From Catajapyx aquilonaris (lineage: Eukaryota): DNA of 64,000 bases. Positions 38,501 to 48,779 of the stretch are shown here, piece by piece; the stretch's first letter is position 1; each line of letters begins with the position of its first letter. Position numbers and translations under genes: made by a program. A model generated the notes under the pieces. The model was not told the origin of the DNA. It worked only from the letters and a program-made list of their open reading frames with translations, and made no database searches. Location: the NCBI GenBank assembly GCA_000934665.2, contig KZ538397.1, positions 1-64,000 of the forward strand. The letters are read 5' to 3'.

Positions 38501-41500
38501 ACGCGAGGCCAATGGACCATAAAACCACGAGCTGGTCCGGATTATTATGTCACCTTGGGCTATTATTTTCTAAGGTTGGCTAAGCATATTTTGCGCTAAT
38601 CACTTCCCTGTGACAACTGCGATCTCTAATAAAGTGCGGAAGATGAGTAATAATGTACAGAACGCCGTGTAGCCTACGACACAAAATGTAAGATCAGTTC
38701 AAATTAAATCTCAGGGTGTTCCAAGTTCGTGGGGCCTTTCATAATAGTTATTGTTATAGGAAATTTTTAGTTATGAGGGACTTCTATGGGAGAGAAACAC
38801 ATTCATAACGTTTTCCCGCTGGGGCTCAAGGGGTTAATCGAGTCGTACTGCTAGTGACATTTTTCGATGCGGCAGACGTGCAAATCGAGGTGATAGAGTG
38901 CAAGCCGTGCGAATCAGAAGAGGTACGCCTTGGGTGACGTCACCGGCTGGGGACATTCCTTTTTCTCCATTGCCCCCCCCCCCCCCCCCCCCCCGCACCC
39001 NTCCCCAGCCAGTGACGTCACCCAAGGCGTACCTCTTCTGATTCGCACGGCTTGCACTCTATCACTTGGATTTGTACGTCTGCCGCATTGGAAAATGTCG
39101 CTAGCAGTATGACGCGATTAATGTCCAACACTGTACTGAGGCACCTGGATCGGGGCACAACAAGCTATACAAAAATAACTACTTCGGACGATATCAGTGA
39201 CAACAAAAAACGACCCACGAACTTGGAACATCCCCGTATATCGTCAAGGAGGTTTTGAGTTGTCTACACCACTAATGGCCTGTTTCACCGAGCTCAGTAT
39301 ATTTTAAATCCATAAGTTTCTTTTAGAAAAATCCCAGTTTTCATTGTTGACTACAATGGTTGCTATGGCAATTATTGTTGTTATAACCGCAGTTCTAAGT
39401 AATATTGACAGTGAGCTCGGTGAAACTGGCCCTAAGGCCAGGTTTCACTCATCAGGCTATTATTATAAATCCGAGTTTCTTTTCGAGATATCCTTACTTT
39501 TTTATTATTTACTTATTTTTTGTAGTGTAATTACCCCGTGATGGGCGACATTGGCCCTCTTTTTTGATTGTTGTCACCAATGGTTTCTATGGAAATTCTT
39601 GTTAAAACCGAGTATTTATAATATAACCTGTTCAGTGAAACCCGGCCCAAGGGCCGGTTTCACCGAGCTCACTATATTATAAATCCGAGTTTCTTTTCGA
39701 AACATCATGTGTTTTCATAGTTGACAACAATGGTTGCTATGACAATTCTAGTTATAACAGAGGTTCTAAGTTACGGTGAAACTGGCCCAGTGCATGTCAG
39801 TTGTGAGCCCACAATATTAATAATAATAATGAATTAATAATTCGATGTACAGGTACTGTACCAACTAGTGGCGGGCCATAAATGCAAGTATCCAACTCCT
39901 GGCAGAGTGCATATCGCCAAGCAAAAGTTGACCTGCCAACTGTATCATTCTGCTCTAACGAAGCGATTCATCGTCAGAAACATCAGGTATAATTGGAACC
40001 GAAAAAAACGTCAGTAGATGCAGGTCTTTGAAGGCAGGTGGGGTGAGTCGAATCAGCAACCAAGGCTCCCTCTTTCCCTGGGAATTAGTTATCGTAGCTG
40101 CCGTAGCTGTTTGAAATTGGTATGCAGAGTGAGTGGAGGTCCCAACTAACCCACCGATCGAGCTATGGCTGGGGGTGAACATGGTTCTCTAGGGACCAAC
40201 CTACAGCTTTGGCCTGCTAGCTCTCCACTGCTCTCATGTTGAATCAACTATTCCAGCTTCGGGCGTACCTAGCAGCGGGGTTTGGGACTCACATTCTACA
40301 GGGTGTTCTAGAGTCACCTACCCTGAACCAATATGCAAATAGGTTTCATTTCGGAGATATTACCAGATCAAGATTGGCCCCATCACGATTTGAGCCAGGA
40401 AATTACCTAGTAATTACACACCTTGTGGTATACTGCGGGTAATGAGTATTAAGAATGTCCAGGCACGTCGAATGAATTATGGGTTGGGAAGGAATCGAAC
40501 CCCATTTAGTCCGACTTTGGTGACTTTTATCTATTGAGTCTACCCTATGCACTGAATAATGCAAGATTGGCAAATCACGTGAGGGTGATTAAAGTAGACT
40601 TTTATGTTTACTGCTATTGTCCCCAATGTCCGTCATGGGACTGGGATTGAAACTGAAACCACCCATAACTCATTTTCGGCCAAAAGTGGACTTACCCTTT
40701 TCCCCCTCCCTCCTCCTACCCCCAGACCAGGGCTTTCCCCTTTAAAAAATTTATCATAGCAAACCCATCTTTTAGACCTTTTTTCATCCATCGGAAAAAG
40801 TCTTATAGCACGGCTCTGTCCGTCCGTCTGTGGACAGGTATCAGGTAACAAGGGGTAGGAGGAGGTCAGGGGGAAAGGGCCGGTGGGGGGAGGGGGCGGC
40901 CAGGGGCGGATAGAGTGAACCCGGAACCCGAAAATCAAAAAGTCTTATGGCACGGCTCTTTCTGTCTGTCTGATACCTGTCCACAGACAGACAGACAGAG
41001 CCGTTCTATAAGACGTTTTTCTCGAAAAAGTCTAAAACTGGTTATAATTTCCTTTTCAATCATTATAGGTTCCTGATTTACCCCTAAAATGTCAATATAC
41101 TTATAGCATGTGGGGCTTCATAATATTGAACAGGAACATACACAAGTTACAACCGTAGTAACTCTGTCCAAGGCTGCTGCATTGCGTGATGAAGACAATA
41201 TACTCTTATTAGGGCAAAATGTTTGGGGAAAAGATACTGCATGACATCCCGGAACCTTTTACGGCCGTTTACTGCTTTGCTGACTGTTCATCAAATTAAG
41301 CTTGACAACAAAACTTCCCTTTAATGCCATTATCCTTGAACCTTTTTCCACGTCCTTAAATCTGAATTTCAAATAAATATTGTTGATGAGGGAGGAGTGA
41401 CAGACTTCCTGGCTACAGTATTATTATTATTATACTGCACCCTTGGGCAGCAACCAACATTGATTAAAGACCATGTGGTTATATTATGCCCTGGCTTAGG

Positions 41501-44500
41501 GCTCTGTTTTAATTAATCATAAGGAAATGCGCCAAAACCCTGTCGCAGTTGTTTCCAGCAAACTATCAAAGTAGAAGTAAGGATCAAATTTTTTTGACTT
41601 ATGTAGATTTCATCACTATATTCATGCATACTGGAAACTACATCACAGGCTCCAACACTCTTCAGCTCGGTACAAAATTAGGCCACTAATATTGATGGGC
41701 ACCTACAGTAGCATGGGCGGCAATCAATCGTCAAACTTTGGCTGAAATCTGGATTTACGGTTTTACTGCAATGAGGTTTCCTTGTAAGATAATTCCTAGA
41801 TTCAATGGAAGATTGCTGGACTTTGAGTTCCTATAATGTGCTCCCTGGCGATCAAATTTATTATTTTTCCTTGCCCTCGAGCACCGCGGTAATAAATTCT
41901 TTTGATCGCGAAGTCAAAAGAACGAATAAATGGTAAGAGTTGAGTGTTCTTTGTGGACTGCATCAAGGACGAATACGATTCAGCCGAAAGGAAACTTCCA
42001 CAGGCAAAAGCGTTTCATCCTATCACGGCATTGCACTCAACTTCCAGATAACGGATTACTGGAACTGAGTTTTGGCGGCATTTACTTTTGGTAGGAAATT
42101 AAGATATCGGACTTCCCCGAAGGTTACAGTTTATGTCAATCATAACTGACGGGGGTTCTCAACCGCGGAGAGCAACTTGGCAAAATGATTCAATTTAGAG
42201 CTCGCTCACCCAGGATCCTGTATAGTTGCGAATTTTTAGGGACATTATGGCTTCCTTGGGGAGTTCCGATTTTGACAGAGATAAAGCTTCCAGTGGTTCA
42301 GAAGGGTATCTGCAATATTCATCGTTGGTGTCAATAAACTGGATGGGAATGTGACGTGAAGAGACCGTTTTTAGCACTTACGTGATTACTTACAAACCGA
42401 TTCGTATTATTACACATATATCTCATGGGATCACGGTCTAATACTTATGCCTGGTCACTGCCCCTCTTATCGCATGCCGTTATCAGCTCCCTCCCCCCCC
42501 CCCGGTGGGTGGGAGCAACTAAGCTCACGGGGACCTCCGTAAGGCTGGGGTAGGAGTGACAAGGGGCTGTATGAGATTTTAACAACTGGCCTGTTTACTA
42601 TAATACATTAGCATATTTGTTTCAAGTGTGATATTGCCTTTTTTTGCACTTACCCCGTGATAGAGCCAGAGGCTCTCTTAGGGGGGTGGGATACCACCAT
42701 TTTTTTCTCAGAAATTTTCTTATTTACTTCAGACTCCGGTGCGGGGAAATCAGGAAAATTGGGTAAGGATAGGGATTTTTGGGGAGGGAACGTGGGTCAT
42801 GTGCTGTTCCCCAGGAGGTTAGGTTGCCAGACACCTCCAAGGTGCGGGTCAGAGACCCTCCCGACGCATGTGAAAGGGAGTTCCCAGGCGGGGATCGAAA
42901 TTGGGACCTTTCACTCAGCAAGCCAAGACGTTACCATCTTGGCCACCCCACCTCCCCCAAGGGTGATATGGCTTCCAGGATATTCCCTCTACTGCCAATA
43001 CGAGGCACCGTAATTACGCCTCAATTTTAAAAGTAAGAGTATTTTGGTTGAATGGCCCATGGAAATTACTATCATCGTCATTTCAAACCCTCCGCCACTT
43101 TTCTCCATTTTTACAAATGATATGAAAGTCATATTACACCAAGGGTAGACCATCCTTCACAGCCCAGGGCTCCTGACAGCATTGTTGGGAAAGAGACACC
43201 TCGCAAATGCCCCGTTTGATTAGCTGTGCTTGTTGACCCCTTTCTTCCCTGTGAGCATCGTTTTGCGTTGCTCATTCCCCTACACGAGCTGCACTGAAGT
43301 GAGGTTGAATCCAGTTGGCGAGGTAGTCCCTTGGCGAGGACAAGCAAAAGCCAATTTCATTCCACCTGGTTCGTCCAGGGACCCTTAATCGGAGAAAATA
43401 AGATCCCTCCTTCTCCTTCTCTCTCCGCATTCAGAAGGATTCCAATTCCAGACAAGACAGTTAGTTAGCTGATCGGAATACCCAGTTAGGTGAGCCCAGT
43501 CTGATTATTCATTCGATTCCATCATCACTCACTTTATTTTGTGACGAGCCCTTGATCATGCCAAATATCATCATTATCCTACACTTCCAGTGGAACTAAT
43601 GCTAACAGATGCATTCATAATATGGATGCAGCCATGAGCAGATTTATTACCGCCCATACTTTTCTGGCAGAGAGAAATTATAGGAGAGGATCAAAATGTG
43701 GAGATGGAAAATGGAGCCAATCAAGCGACAGGTCAGTTAGTGGAATCTTCTAAATTACGACTGAATATTCGACACGAAGGCCCGGTTGAATCACTGAATA
43801 TTCCTTCAGTGTAAGTTGATCTGGTGGAATATTTGTTGATGGCAGTGATCATTCATCCTGTGTGACAGTTGCTTCTTATCTGACATTAGCATAGACAGGC
43901 CGTCATCCAATTAGCTTTAAAAATCAAGAGAAAAATAGCGAAGTAGTAGCTAGTAGTATGCTATAATCTGCATGCTCGTGGTGAACTGAGTTAAAGTTAC
44001 AGGGTGATGTAAAATTTTATAGTTCGCCCAATATATACAGGGTGTTCCAAGTTCGTGGGTCAATTTTCTTGTCACTAATATTGCCCGAAGTGGTTATTTT
44101 CTGTAGCTTGTTGTGCCCCTAATCAGTTGCCCTATTCTATAGCAACTACCACCCAGGAGTAATGGGGCAATTGATTAGGGGCAAAACAAGCTACAAAAAA
44201 TATAACCACTTCGGGCAATAATAGTGATAAGAAAAGTGACCCACGAACATGGAACACCCTGTATTTCATTTGCATAGTAATGTGATTATATGAAGATATA
44301 GAATGAAATTTTTACAACAATGCACGTATTACGCGCACTGTACAGTATACACAACGGTACACAAGGGCTGCAATGCAGAAACAATGACACGGCCATAATA
44401 CCAAGCAAGTAGTATGCAGCCTACGAGACAAATTGATGCGACGCACAATTTTTGTGCTATTCGTCGTCGGTTTGATTCGAAAGTTTGCCCCTCAAGATAT

Positions 44501-47500
44501 TAACATCTCACCTTTCGTATAACCTTCACAAAATAAGTCAGATGTCCGACTTTGGTTCACATCCGATACTTGTACGACTACCTTTCCCAATATCCCGCGA
44601 CTATTTTCATAACTACATTGTTATAAAGACAAAAATTTGTGTATCGTTTAAAAGAATCTGGCCACGAAAGACATTCATTATTAACTGAGAGTGTCCTGCA
44701 TGCTTATGCGACATGCATCCAAAAATATCACTCTTGCGTGACTTGTCAATGCGCTTGTAATAAAGCAGCTAAAATCGACTCATCACGAATAATTCACTAA
44801 GGATATAATAATTAAAGACAAAAAAAAATCAACCTCCAATGTGGGTAATTTAGCGTCAGACATGTAGTGCATGTACCGTACATCAAGGATTCCACCGCCT
44901 GCTGAAAAATTTAAAGGAAAGTGAAACGAAAAGTGACCAGTGAGTCATGTACACTCGCCTTATTGCGAACTAACAGTTGAATTGTCATTCGGATGACTAT
45001 ATTCCACAGGTATACATTAGTGTCCAATCGGAGAGATTGTGTAATAGGAGTAATTAAATGCTAAGCCTCGCAGATATTTTGTATTTTCTTTCTCTGAATT
45101 GGCGCCATGTCCGCATACGTACGAGTATGTACAAAAATTTTCCGCAGTGGACAAATCCGCTACGTGCAGGATCCACTATAGACAGCGTTTCATTGTTATT
45201 CCCAGGCCCAATTGCCTGGTCCGAGCCCCTGATTGTCTCCCGCCATCAAACATTCAAGCCACATGACCCTGTGCCTTCACGAGATTTGGCACGCGATTAT
45301 CTCCGTAATGGAGCGAAATAGCCAAAATCAACTATAGCAATTTCATCATGGGATATCATAAGAAACTTTCGTTGATAGAAGTGGGCACCTTTTGCGCAAC
45401 CCTACTAATAAGCTTATGTTACAATTTGTCAGTAATGGTTTTTTTTCGATCTTCCCATTGACGTATTCAGCTGAAACTCTCATTTCTTAGGTACTGATGT
45501 AATTAAGTGTAACTCAGATATTAATTATGTAATGAACATATGGGACTGTTTTTACTGTGTTCTTGTTATGAATACGGGCTGTTATTACAATCTGTTAAGT
45601 AGTTTGGGGCAATATGCCTTTGAGGGGAAATGAAAAAAAAGTGCATTGCTATGTAATATTTACACCTGAAGCTGATTAGACCCTGTGTGACCTTGTTCCA
45701 GAAAAAGTGTTCCTTTCAGGTTAAAAAAAATTGTTCAAGAGCATTTTGTTGCTTGATTATAGCCGGAAGATATTAAAGGCCTGCAAGTCCTGCCTCGCTG
45801 GATTATTGCTACGTTATAATTTCTCCAGTAAGTTAGGTATTTACTAGCCATGACTAGTAATCTCTGGACCACAGATCAACTGTGGTGGAAAATGCCGCGG
45901 TAGTATTTTGAGACAATGTTCCATACCCAAATATGTGCAAATGTCAATCTTATTAGCAGATTAATGTCAAAAAGCTTTTGGCATCAAAGGGTGATAATAT
46001 AGACATACATTACTTGTGATTATATTTATTCTTGATTAAGGTCAAGTCGAAGTAGGTATCACTTTTTCTAATATTTTCCAAAAAGTAACTGCCTTAAATA
46101 CACATGCTCCGCGTATATTATGCACTTTAAAATTTGTAGGAATCCATAGTTGGATAAATAGAAAAATTTCTATTAAAGAAGACCGTCAGAACCAGCAGCG
46201 CGAACAAGAGCAACGGGCAATATTTACAAATATTTATCCAGTGAAACTTGCCTATAGTGGAAGGTAAATATATCAAAAACTTGTCTACTGAAGAAACATG
46301 TCCCGGTTCCGGCATCAATATTGGATTTCATATATATTTTTATCAGCTATAGAGGAGCCTGATAACGCGAAAGGTAATAAGATTATTGAGGTCCCTGAGT
46401 AAGGAAAACCCTCTGCAGAGTGAAATTAATACTGCAATAAGGCTGTTTCACAAATTAGCTGAACCAGGGCGGTAACGGAGCGTCCGGCAGGCGAAAAGGT
46501 GGGAGCAGGTCCCACAAATTCTGCTTTCCTAGTGGTTGTAATCCATCCCAGAACAGCTACGAGAATTTCAGGGAAAATGATACTTTCATCTGGAGGATAC
46601 AAATAACAGTATTATATGCTTCAGAGCACATGAGAATTTCTTAGCATCTTGCATATATTATTTAATGTCCATGGGTTCAGGTTTCAGCCCAATACTACCC
46701 AGATAAACTACAGTCCGTTAAACGAAAGAACGATCTGACGTCACACCAGACGTCTGAGCGTGCGCAGTAATATGCTTGCGGGGAGCATGATTGGAGGGAA
46801 GAGACGGGTGAAGGCGGGGCTGAACGTGACGTCAGATGGTTCTTTCGTTTAACTGACTGTAGTCAAAAATTACTGAGTCCCATCATTCATATTTATATTC
46901 CATGGCGTACCACACGCAAGTCCTGTACAGTGCCTCATCAGCAAAAATTTTGTGTGGAAATACTGGTCGGAATGCAAATCATGATAGTGTGTCCGTCGAA
47001 ATTGCACCGATGCAGCAAACTGTACTAAAATGCGGTCTTTTTAAAAACTGTCATTAGCAGCCATTAGTAAATTATATCTCCTTTTCGAACTTTCCACTCA
47101 CGTTTTGAAGCAATGCAACGTTGTATCCAATTATTAACCGCAGTTTGGATTCAGGCCTGCAAACCCATGATTGCCATTTGTTATAATAATATTTGTCTTC
47201 GCAGTAATTAGCAGACAACTTTTCTGTTTAGCACAAACATCGTTCCTGTAGTCTGCAAATTACGCCGTGGAAATTATTCGTGTAGATAAACACAAGTGAT
47301 AATAATAGCCAAATCTATTTTTGAACAGTCATCGAAAAGTTATCCCCTTGCTATAAAGTAGCTATATCTACAAAATAGCATTGCGTAATTCAGTATTTCC
47401 TCGTCAATTGTGAGATCCAAAGGAAGATTGGGCCAAGGACGAACAGAAACAAACGCGGGATGAAGGAAGAAAATGAAAGAAGGAAGGTTGCTGCTGGGGA

Positions 47501-48779
47501 TGCATTATGGTCCTTTTCATCCCTTTTCCTCTCTTCCTTTCCGCGCCTTTCTATATATACTTCTTTTCTGAGTAACCCCCCTCCCCCCAAGTTTCTAACA
47601 GGAAGAATACTCGGAAAAGTTGGTTCGTTCGTTAGCAACGAAGAAGACATAGCCTTTCTTTGTCGGGAGATCTTCTTCGGAAAATCAGTTTACTTATCTG
47701 TCCTTGGATGATTAATTTCATACCCTTGCTTATCTGTTGTTAGGAAGTAGTGTACCTGATGTCCAACAAGAATTGTCGCAGCGGCAGCGCACGAACTACA
47801 GTCTCTCGTGTCCCTGTGCTCGTAGATTGTAGTTCGTGCGCTGCCGCTGCGACAATTCTTGTTGGACTGATAGTACATGTCTATACATTCAGTATACCGT
47901 AGGCATTTTTTGGCCGAAATAGCCTTAAGGTAAAAAGTTTTTGGTTGCAGCTATTCACGCTATTGCCAAAAAAAGAAAGCTACAGTGAAGCTCCTATTAC
48001 AAGTACTGAAGACGGAAAAGGATTGCACGAGTAGAATAGGTTATTTGGCAATAAAGGAGGCCAACAAGTTTATAAAGGACTGTGTTTTGAAGAAAAAGTT
48101 ATAAAGGAGTATAAGGACAAAATGTAGCTGTTTGAAACTTTTAACTGACTTTTCTAGCCAGAATTACGCAATATTAGTAGTGTATTATTGTCATCCGAGA
48201 AGCGTCAATTTTTGATTAGTTACAGTCGTACTTTAATCCTCGTAAGTCATAACAAAATAAATACGGTATCTCAACACTGCGCACTGCATTATAATGAATC
48301 ATTCAATGGAATACGCTTAAGAACCGACTTTTTTTATCTGATTTTAGTAGGGTATCATTGACGGTGTGCCAGCAGCTATTGCACCGATTCTAGGTTCGTC
48401 GTCCAAAAACAACAGATTATGTGAGGCACTTTCACTCCTCTCTTATTTAAAAAAAAATCACAAATTTAACCTCTGCCTGACACCATTTTAGCAGTTATCA
48501 AGACGATTAATCCCACTCCTAACTTCATTCCATCCGAGTGAAAAGACAGTGAAAGTGATACTGACCTGAGACCCATGATCCGTTGAAATCTGGAGCGGCG
48601 TACTGCAGAGCTATGAGATCTGTAATTTGGACTTTTCTTCCCCTGTACCTCGGCCCATCGTCCGGTGGCATCAGCAGTACAATGGAGCACAGGATGAGCC
48701 CGCATACGGCCATGATGACCAGCAGGGCAATCAGGATCCCCCTCCAGTTTCGCTGGCTCGGCGTTGACGCCACCAGTTC
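14141..48779 (-). CDS. DPP10: Dipeptidyl peptidase 4/6/10-family (S9B) type II membrane protein, 15 coding exons found, 816 aa, first exon missing or uncertain
   Basis: Exons (minus): 48779-48566, 37453-37359, 29007-28933, 25756-25704, 25636-25416, 25117-24951, 22461-22358, 20808-20685, 19871-19624, 16631-16286, 16228-16134, 16051-15857, 15356-15196, 15001-14790, 14281-14141. Total 2451 nt with all phases compatible. Motifs: QRNWRGILIALLVI TM anchor, FNGIPDWLYEEE, WFSPDG, YPKAG, VYGGPGSQ, DGRGSG, GWSYGG, DSAYTERYMG, HGTADDNVH, YPDENH. The symbol reflects the DPP10-like N-terminus; orthology versus DPP4 is untested. Confidence 0.93.
14536..14602. repeat. Near-perfect 67-bp hairpin in the last DPP intron
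   Basis: TGCAATTGACTGC.TTACGTTAGCATT / AATGCTAACGTAA.GCAGTCAATTGCA. Confidence 0.8.
14790..15001 (-). CDS. DPP exon with catalytic Asp (DSAYTERYMG...HGTADDNVHYQQS)
   Basis: ccttcag acceptor, GTATGT donor. Confidence 0.95.
15196..15356 (-). CDS. DPP exon with catalytic Ser (VWGWSYGGY...SVAPMTKWELY), GC donor
   Basis: ttttgcag acceptor; GWSYGG nucleophile elbow; G|GCAAGG donor restores WELY|DSAYTERY. Confidence 0.92.
15575..15702 (-). mobile_element. tRNA-derived SINE-like fragment
   Basis: GTTCGATCCCCGG B box on minus strand; body resembles the 42776-42950 copy. Confidence 0.5.
15857..16051 (-). CDS. DPP exon (YGGPGSQQV...DGRGSGFQG...EVEDQIAVT)
   Basis: ttccag acceptor, GTCAGT donor; oxyanion Tyr motif YGGP. 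Confidence 0.95.
16134..16228 (-). CDS. DPP exon (VEVEGGTAQVRLLYPPGF...KFPLVLQ)
   Basis: tttcag acceptor, GTGAGT donor; PPxF and K(F/Y)PLxxxV motifs. Confidence 0.92.
16286..16631 (-). CDS. DPP exon (IYYIAAPEGEPGERHMYR...LPQVKTYK)
   Basis: ctttag acceptor, GTCTGA donor; CLTC and CxGP motifs. Confidence 0.92.
16769..17184. mobile_element. Kolobok-type MITE (TTAA TSD, AGGGACACTCCACTCAAAATACAAGTTGG TIR ~60 bp)
   Basis: TTAA at 16765-16768 and 17185-17188; long TIRs. Confidence 0.85.
18528..19426. mobile_element. Mariner-derived ~900-bp foldback element carrying the transposase 5' end in both arms
   Basis: CGAGGG...CCCTCG|TA termini; the arm at 18734-18870 reads QYAALKFCFHLKKTVSESCSTLN*EYREHVLPDSTALHCFKTFKRG, like a mariner N-terminal HTH. 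Confidence 0.85.
19433..19572. mobile_element. Loopless ~130-bp palindrome (MITE-like)
   Basis: Symmetric about GTTAAC at 19496-19501; its end ACAATTCTTTTTGGACTGATGAGTACA resembles the end of 47751-47877. Confidence 0.8.
19624..19871 (-). CDS. DPP exon (FHRAQVTHGWVD...LTQGRFEVTDILGWDEPRNL), GC donor
   Basis: cttcag acceptor; only AT|GCAAGT gives the phase-2 junction to the IYY exon. Confidence 0.88.
20685..20808 (-). CDS. DPP exon (DHYFTAAKWISNREVAVVWMNRKQN...WNCPD)
   Basis: ttttgcag acceptor, GTAAGT donor; WxNRxQN motif. Confidence 0.92.
21290..21393. repeat. ~100-bp hairpin (GGGTGGAATTT...AAATTCCACCC), MITE-like
   Basis: Inverted arms with internal ACTGCTAA repeats. Confidence 0.7.
22358..22461 (-). 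CDS. DPP exon (AGTTNPTVTLWAVNL...VKD)
   Basis: caacag acceptor, GTTAGT donor; continues YPK|AGxxNP motif. Confidence 0.92.
22785..23148. mobile_element. 364-bp palindromic MITE with CAAGGGAA termini and TAA TSD
   Basis: Arms of about 160 bp; TAA|CAAGGGAACG...CGTTCCCTTG|TAA. Confidence 0.88.
23477..23554. repeat. (ATT)n microsatellite
   Basis: About 26 perfect units. Confidence 0.97.
24951..25117 (-). CDS. DPP exon (EEILSSHKAVWFSPDG...LRYPK)
   Basis: ctacag acceptor, GTAAGC donor; double-Glu substrate anchor, WFSPDG and YPK motifs. Confidence 0.93.
25416..25636 (-). CDS. DPP exon (DVFPLSP...FNGIPDWLYE)
   Basis: tttcag acceptor, GTAGGT donor; conserved NGIPDWxYEEE motif. Confidence 0.93.
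25704..25756 (-). CDS. DPP exon (VFRHTFLAMYTVYEVTT)
   Basis: ccacag acceptor, GTACGT donor; contains the Arg equivalent to DPP4 R125 (xRHS/T motif). Confidence 0.88.
26844..27005. mobile_element. Tc1/mariner-type MITE (TA|C(A/G)GTC.GTTAAAC), copy 1
   Basis: ~30-bp TIRs, TA flanks, colinear with 46711-46859. Confidence 0.8.
28459..28788. mobile_element. Tc1-type MITE (TA|CAGGGTGTTTCAAC), ~90-bp TIRs
   Basis: Long inverted arms and TA TSD. Confidence 0.87.
28933..29007 (-). CDS. DPP exon (RRLNAHKFLVSSDLKYVLLIHDVSK)
   Basis: tttacag acceptor, GTAAGT donor, 75 nt phase 0/0; SxDxxYVL propeller motif. Confidence 0.9.
29656..29899. mobile_element. Tc1-type MITE family CAGGGTGTTCCAAGTTCGTGGG, copy 1
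   Basis: TIRs shared with 38712-39236 and 44038-44261. Confidence 0.8.
29953..30203. mobile_element. 250-bp near-perfect palindrome (MITE-like, TAG...CTA ends)
   Basis: Arms of about 110 bp around a ~30-bp spacer. Confidence 0.8.
30315..30491 (-). mobile_element. tRNA-derived SINE fragment
   Basis: GGGTTCGAGCCCCGG B box on minus strand followed by a GTGGTTTT..GTGGTTTCCC body typical of arthropod SINEs. Confidence 0.65.
32251..33658. mobile_element. ~1.4-kb DNA-transposon remnant with ~180-bp degenerate TIRs containing 22-bp tandem subrepeats
   Basis: 32262-32435 mirrors 33481-33642; unit GGCGTGAATCYGCTGAAGGATA occurs about 3 times. Confidence 0.72.
35021..35180 (+). mobile_element. tRNA-derived SINE, 5' part
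   Basis: GAGTGGCGTCGCGGTAA A box; body matches the reverse complement of 55880-56005. Confidence 0.65.
36461..37334. mobile_element. P-superfamily-like non-autonomous element, 7-bp TSD CCGTTGC, long inverted arms
   Basis: CCGTTGC|CAGGGAGCATATACTACATAAGAGGCGCAAAC...GTTTGCGCCTCTTATGTAGTATATGCTCCCTG|CCGTTGC. Confidence 0.85.
36524..36678. mobile_element. GC-rich MITE nested in the left arm of the P-like element (Harbinger-like, TCT flanks)
   Basis: GGGGCCGTG.AGACGGGCC...GGCCCGTCTGCACGGCCCC; absent from the mirror arm. Confidence 0.7.
37359..37453 (-). CDS. DPP exon (DKEFVYGDESGGLSVFNAQTLDSRVLMSNATF)
   Basis: ttttacag acceptor, GTAAGT donor, phase 1 to 0; not in the ORF track frame, found by expected homology. 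Confidence 0.88.
38712..39236. mobile_element. CAGGGTGTTCCAAG MITE copy 2 with nested insertions
   Basis: Ends match 29656-29899; the interior is replaced by a palindromic element at 38834-39133. Confidence 0.8.
39277..39788. mobile_element. Three adjacent copies of a Harbinger/Tourist-like MITE (GGCCGGTTTCAC TIR)
   Basis: Units 39277-39432, 39436-39647 and 39651-39788 separated by TAA and CAA. Confidence 0.8.
40770..41037. mobile_element. Foldback repeat with (GTCY)n blocks, Helentron/DINE-1-like
   Basis: AAGTCTTATAGCACGGCTCTGTCCGTCCGTCTG block present in both orientations; related segment at 4681-4862. Confidence 0.5.
42776..42950 (-). mobile_element. tRNA-derived SINE-like fragment
   Basis: Minus-strand GTGGCCAAGATGGTAA A box and TTCGATCCCC B box. 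Confidence 0.55.
44038..44261. mobile_element. CAGGGTGTTCCAAG MITE, fully palindromic variant
   Basis: TA TSD and ~95-bp inverted arms. Confidence 0.85.
46711..46859. mobile_element. Tc1/mariner-type MITE, copy 2
   Basis: TA|CAGTCCGTTAAACGAAAGAAC...GTTCTTTCGTTTAACTGACTG|TA. Confidence 0.82.
47751..47877. mobile_element. Hairpin MITE, 40-bp perfect stem
   Basis: GTCCAACAAGAATTGTCGCAGCGGCAGCGCACGAACTACA mirrored exactly. Confidence 0.8.
48566..48779 (-). CDS. DPP exon: cytoplasmic tail end and TM anchor (ELVASTPSQRNWRGILIALLVIMAVCGLILCSIVLL...FNGSWVS)
   Basis: ttcag acceptor, GTCAGT donor, phase 0 to 1; closely resembles the DPP6/DPP10 juxtamembrane/TM segment. Confidence 0.92.

Noticed and set aside
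42195..42377. Minus-strand ORF ending NYTGSWVS, similar to the FNGSWVS end of the DPP TM exon (possible alternative exon)
   Set aside because: No phase-1 donor after the Ser codon, weak acceptor and no other similarity; likely chance
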